Shown in pieces: positions 27,300-35,576 of a stretch of 35,576 bases of DNA. A program made the translations under genes and the position numbers. Source of the stretch: Galactobacter sp. (GTDB taxonomy: Bacteria > Actinomycetota > Actinomycetes > Actinomycetales > Micrococcaceae); contig JALAHE010000108.1 in assembly GCA_022712075.1 (NCBI GenBank), positions 1 through 35,576 of the forward strand, read 5' to 3'. Under the pieces are notes generated by a model that saw nothing but the letters and a program-made list of their open reading frames with translations, ran no database searches and was not told the DNA's origin. How positions within the stretch are numbered: the stretch's first letter is position 1; each line of letters opens with the position of its first letter.

Positions 27300-27410
27300 T
27301 ACGAGGCTTCCGGGGGGTTGCCTCTACGGTGTGTCCGCCCGGCTACCGGGGGGTTTCCGGCTGGGACGCACCAGGGCCCGTGGAATCGATGATTCCACGG
27401 GCCCCTTAGC
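27300..27410 (+). ncRNA. Candidate small RNA with two G6-containing hairpins plus a terminal hairpin
   Basis: Promoter-like CTGACG-N18-TACCAT (27264-27293); hairpins GAGGC/GCCTC and GGTGTGTCC/GGACGCACC each enclose CCGGGGGGTT; ends at a 14-bp hairpin. Confidence 0.4.
27374..27404. terminator. Strong hairpin downstream of qor (likely terminator, possibly bidirectional)
   Basis: GGGCCCGTGGAATC-gat-GATTCCACGGGCCC perfect 14-bp stem. Confidence 0.75.
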
Positions 27411-27436
27411 GTTAACTGTGCTTCGCGGGCGGCCGG

Positions 27437-28411
27437 CTACGGCACCAGGAGCACCTTGCCGGTGGTGCCGCGCCCCTCCAAGGCGCGGTGGGCGTCGTCG
27501 GCGTGTCGCAAGGAGAAGCGCTCGCCGATGGAGAGCTTGAGCTCCCCGCTGGCCACCGCGCCGAACACCTCTCCGGCGCGCCAGGCCCGCTCGGCGGGGG
27601 AGGAGAGGAAGGCCGAGAGGCTCGGTCGCGTGATGCTCAGGGATCCGAGGGCGTTGAGCCGCTGCAGATCGAAGGGCGGGACCTGCCCGGAGGCGCCGCC
27701 GAAGAGCACCATGGTGCCGCGCGGGCGCAGGCTGAGCAGGCTGGACTCGAAGGTGGAGGCCCCCACGCCGTCGTACACCGCAGCCACGCCCACGCCGTCC
27801 GTGATCTCCCGCACGGCACCCGGCACCTCGTCGTAGCGCAGGACGTGGTCGGCCCCGGCCGCCGCGGCGATGGCGGCCTTCTCCGGGGAGGACGTGGTGG
27901 TGATGACGGTGGCGCCCTTGGCCTTGAGCATCTGCGTCAGCAGCTGGCCTACGCCGCCGGCGCCCGCCGTGGTCAGAATGGTGTCCCCGGCCTTGACCTT
28001 GTATGAGTCGTTGATGAGGTAGTGGGCCGTGAAACCCTGCAGCGGGACGGCGGCCGCCTCCACGGGGTCAACGCCGCCCGGCACCTTCACGGCGCGCTGG
28101 GCATCGAGCAAGGTGAACTCCGCATAGGTGCCGGAGCCCTCCGCCGTGGCGACAAGATCGCCCACGGCGAAGCCCGTCACGCCCTCGCCGACCGCCGCGA
28201 TCGTGCCGGAGGCCTCGGAGCCGGGGAAGAAGGGCAGGGGCACGCGATACACACCAGAGCGCTGGTAGGTCTCGATGAAGTTCACGCCGACCGCCGCGAC
28301 CTTGACCAGCAGTTCGCCGGGTCCTGGCTCCGGCACGGGGTCTTGCACGAGCCTCAGCTCCTCCGGGGAGCCGTAGCGGTCGATGCGGATGAGGTCCTGA
28401 TAGTCGGGCAT
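27437..28411 (-). CDS. qor: NADPH:quinone oxidoreductase (zeta-crystallin/MDR family)
   Basis: GVNFIETYQRSG, PGSEASG, LQGFTAHYL, AGAGGVG, VYDGVG, FGGASG, RPSL, TTGKVLL. AAAGGAG RBS before ATG 28411. Confidence 0.9.
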   Translation of the reverse strand: MPDYQDLIRIDRYGSPEELRLVQDPVPEPGPGELLVKVAAVGVNFIETYQRSGVYRVPLPFFPGSEASGTIAAVGEGVTGFAVGDLVATAEGSGTYAEFTLLDAQRAVKVPGGVDPVEAAAVPLQGFTAHYLINDSYKVKAGDTILTTAGAGGVGQLLTQMLKAKGATVITTTSSPEKAAIAAAAGADHVLRYDEVPGAVREITDGVGVAAVYDGVGASTFESSLLSLRPRGTMVLFGGASGQVPPFDLQRLNALGSLSITRPSLSAFLSSPAERAWRAGEVFGAVASGELKLSIGERFSLRHADDAHRALEGRGTTGKVLLVP

Positions 28412-28433
28412 GAGCTCTCCTTTGCGCGTCACG

Positions 28434-30731
<2,298 letters not shown>

Positions 30732-30806
30732 GCCCGGGCCCGGGCCAGCACCCCGCAGCAGGAACGCAGGACGCAGGAAGAACCCTCGATGCAAAAGAGC
30801 ACAGCC

Positions 30807-31735
30807 ATGGATCCAACGGAACAGAGCGAGCGCCTGGCCGCCGCGCAGCGCAAGGCGGAGGCCCTCGTCGAGGCCCTTCCCTGGATCACGCGCTTCGCCG
30901 GCAGCCGCATGGTCATCAAGTACGGCGGCAACGCCATGGTGGATGACACGCTGCGCCGCGCCTTCGCCGAGGACATCGTGTTCCTGCACCACGCCGGGAT
31001 CCATCCGGTGGTGGTGCACGGCGGCGGCCCGCAGATCAACGCGATGCTCGATCGCCTCGGCGTGGAGTCGGAGTTCCGCGGGGGCCTGCGCGTCACGACA
31101 CCCGAGGCCATGGAAGTCGTCCGCATGGTCCTCACGGGCCAGGTGGGGCGCGAGCTCGTCGGCCTGGTCAACGAGCACGGCCGCTACGCCGTCGGCCTCT
31201 CGGGCGAGGACGGCCGCCTCCTGCGGGCGGCCCGCACCGGCACCGTCGTGGACGGCGTGGAGGTGGACCTTGGTCTCGTCGGCGAGGTGACGGGCGTGGA
31301 TCCCACGGCCGTGGAGGACCTCATCGAGGCCGGCCGCATCCCCGTGATTTCCACGGTCGCGCCGGAGATCGACGCGAACGGCAAGCCCACGGGCGAGGTG
31401 CTCAACGTCAACGCCGACACCGCCGCGGCGGCCCTGGCCGGCGCCCTGGGCGCTTCCAAGCTCGTCATCCTGACGGACGTCGAGGGCCTCTACGCCAACT
31501 GGCCGGATCGTTCGAGCCTCATCAGCTCGCTCGACGCCGGGGAGCTGCGCCGCATGCTCCCCTCGCTCGAGTCGGGCATGATCCCCAAGATGAAGGCCTG
31601 CCTGGCCGCCCTGGACGCCGGCGTCCCGCGTGCCCACATCGTGGACGGGCGCCAGCCGCACACCATGCTGCTCGAGGTCTTCACCTCGGCCGGCGTCGGG
31701 ACCCAGGTGGTCCCGGAAACCGAGGAGGAGAACGC

Positions 31736-31739
<4 letters not shown>
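30807..31739 (+). CDS. argB: Acetylglutamate kinase
   Basis: [47 protein letters not shown]. Start may be 30789. Confidence 0.96.
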
Positions 31740-34621
<2,882 letters not shown>

Positions 34622-34637
34622 CCGAGCGGTGGCGGGC

Positions 34638-34691
34638 GGCGCTCTGAGCCTCGGCGCCGCCCTGCGCGCAGGCGCCGAGGCTCAGAGCGCC
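34638..34691. terminator. 21-bp perfect inverted repeat between convergent argR and the DinB-like gene
   Basis: GGCGCTCTGAGCCTCGGCGCC (34638-34658) / GGCGCCGAGGCTCAGAGCGCC (34671-34691), 12-nt loop. Confidence 0.75.
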
Positions 34692-35224
34692 TCGGCGAGG
34701 TTGTTGAGCTCGTAGGCCCCCTTGCCGTCGATCGACTCGCGGATGATGTCGGCGTGGCCCGTGTGCCTGGCCACCTCGGTGCTGATGTGGGCCAGGCACC
34801 AGCGTGCCTCCCAGCTCTTGAGCTCCGGCGGGTACCACGGTGCGGGCGGCACCGGGACGGGGGCCGAGAGGTCGGTGACCGCATCGAAGTTGGCGGTGGT
34901 GATGTCCACGCACCGGTCGAAGTACACGAGCGTCTCCTCCAGCATTGACTCGTCCGCGATGAGGTCCTCCAGCGGCAGGTCCTCGAAACCGTCGGGGATC
35001 TGCGGCGCGTCGGGCGCCGCCACGGCGCAGGCCGACCAATAGACGCCGACGGCGCCCGCGTGGCGCAGCAAACCCGTGAGGTTGAGGGCGGAGGCCGTGG
35101 GGTGCGAGTGCGCCTGCTCGTTGCTGAGGCCCACCACGGTGGTGCGGATCTGGGCCAGCTGCTGCAGGGCGTAGGTCTTCAGCACACCGAGTTCTCCGGT
35201 GGCCTGCGGGGTCAGGAATCCCAT
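34682..35224 (-). CDS. DinB/DUF664 family protein (mycothiol-transferase-like fold)
   Basis: PTASALNLTGLLRH, RWCLAHISTEVARHTGHADIIRESIDG (His triad of the DinB superfamily). GAGGAG RBS. Confidence 0.88.
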   Translation of the reverse strand: MGFLTPQATGELGVLKTYALQQLAQIRTTVVGLSNEQAHSHPTASALNLTGLLRHAGAVGVYWSACAVAAPDAPQIPDGFEDLPLEDLIADESMLEETLVYFDRCVDITTANFDAVTDLSAPVPVPPAPWYPPELKSWEARWCLAHISTEVARHTGHADIIRESIDGKGAYELNNLAEAL

Positions 35225-35280
35225 GTGCGTCTCCTCGATCGGTGCGCGCCTCGCGGTGCCCCGCCGCGCGCTGTGCCTGC

Positions 35281-35310
35281 AGTGTGCACCCCCTCCCTGA
35301 CAGTGTCAGG
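35281..35310 (-). promoter_or_regulatory. Palindromic operator with TGTCAG-N10-CACACT promoter geometry
   Basis: Palindrome CCTGACA-G-TGTCAGG (35296-35310); minus strand reads TGTCAG-ggagggggtg-CACACT. Confidence 0.55.
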
Positions 35311-35373
35311 TGAGGCGCGTGAACCACGGGCAAACCCTGGCGCGTGGCGCCCGCGCACCAGCATGATGGTGGC

Positions 35374-35576
35374 ATGAGCACGGAACAGGCCGGATCAGCG
35401 CGAGCCGAGGGCACCACCGGAGCGCAACGGACACAGGTGAACGAGTGGCCGGACAATCCGGACGCCCTGCGGGTGCGAGGGCACCTGCCGTGCGGGATCG
35501 AGCGGGCGTGGGACTTCGTGACGGTCCCCGGATGGTTCATTAACGACGACGCCCTGCGCGAGCACGAGGTCAGCAC
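35374..35576 (+). CDS. SRPBCC/AHSA1-like protein, 3'-truncated by window edge (absent from the supplied ORF track)
   Basis: MSTEQAGS...LRVRGHLPCGIERAWDFVTVPGWFIND... is open to the window end. ATG lies 6 nt after CATGAT. Confidence 0.65.
   Translation, partial: MSTEQAGSARAEGTTGAQRTQVNEWPDNPDALRVRGHLPCGIERAWDFVTVPGWFINDDALREHEVS

Noticed and set aside
27279-27362. Repeats read as a CRISPR array or a GlnR/MtrA box array
   Set aside because: The repeats are only 9-10 nt, with no regular spacers and no cas genes. An 11-nt GAAAC/GTAGC/GACAC periodicity exists on the minus strand but breaks phase, and the stems explain the sequence better (not fully excluded).
27292-27540. 82-aa ORF in the TetR-qor gap
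   Set aside because: Runs through a strong hairpin and into qor antisense; no RBS; its ATG overlaps the putative -10; an RNA interpretation fits better

Overview
High-GC actinobacterial chromosomal segment with Micrococcaceae/Arthrobacter-like gene content, mostly core genome. Order: 3' part of a DinG-family helicase; divergent lexA / LysM pair with several SOS boxes; hisC-hisB-hisH-small membrane ORF-priA-SseB-MFS; DUF1844; infC (AUC start, long Pro/Lys tail)-rpmI-rplT; TrmH methylase-NUDIX; pcp; LppM-like lipoprotein; pheS-pheT; a more accessory block (YbaK deacylase, PPTase-like, TetR, then a minus-strand Pls/PosA-type membrane NRPS - M1 peptidase - VOC operon, TetR, quinone oxidoreductase); argCJBDFR; a DinB-like gene; and the start of an SRPBCC-like gene. 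No rRNA, tRNA, CRISPR array or mobile element was seen. The best leads are (i) an epsilon-poly-L-lysine-type synthetase/hydrolase operon with a Lys-like A-domain code and a PHO-box-like promoter; (ii) an unannotated ~110-nt candidate sRNA at ~27300-27410 with two hairpins both carrying CCGGGGGGUU; (iii) an orphan SOS box in front of what looks like a decayed gene; (iv) a structured infC leader; (v) a WYL/PafBC-style promoter at the DinB-like gene. All family calls come from reading motifs by eye; no searches or folding programs were run.
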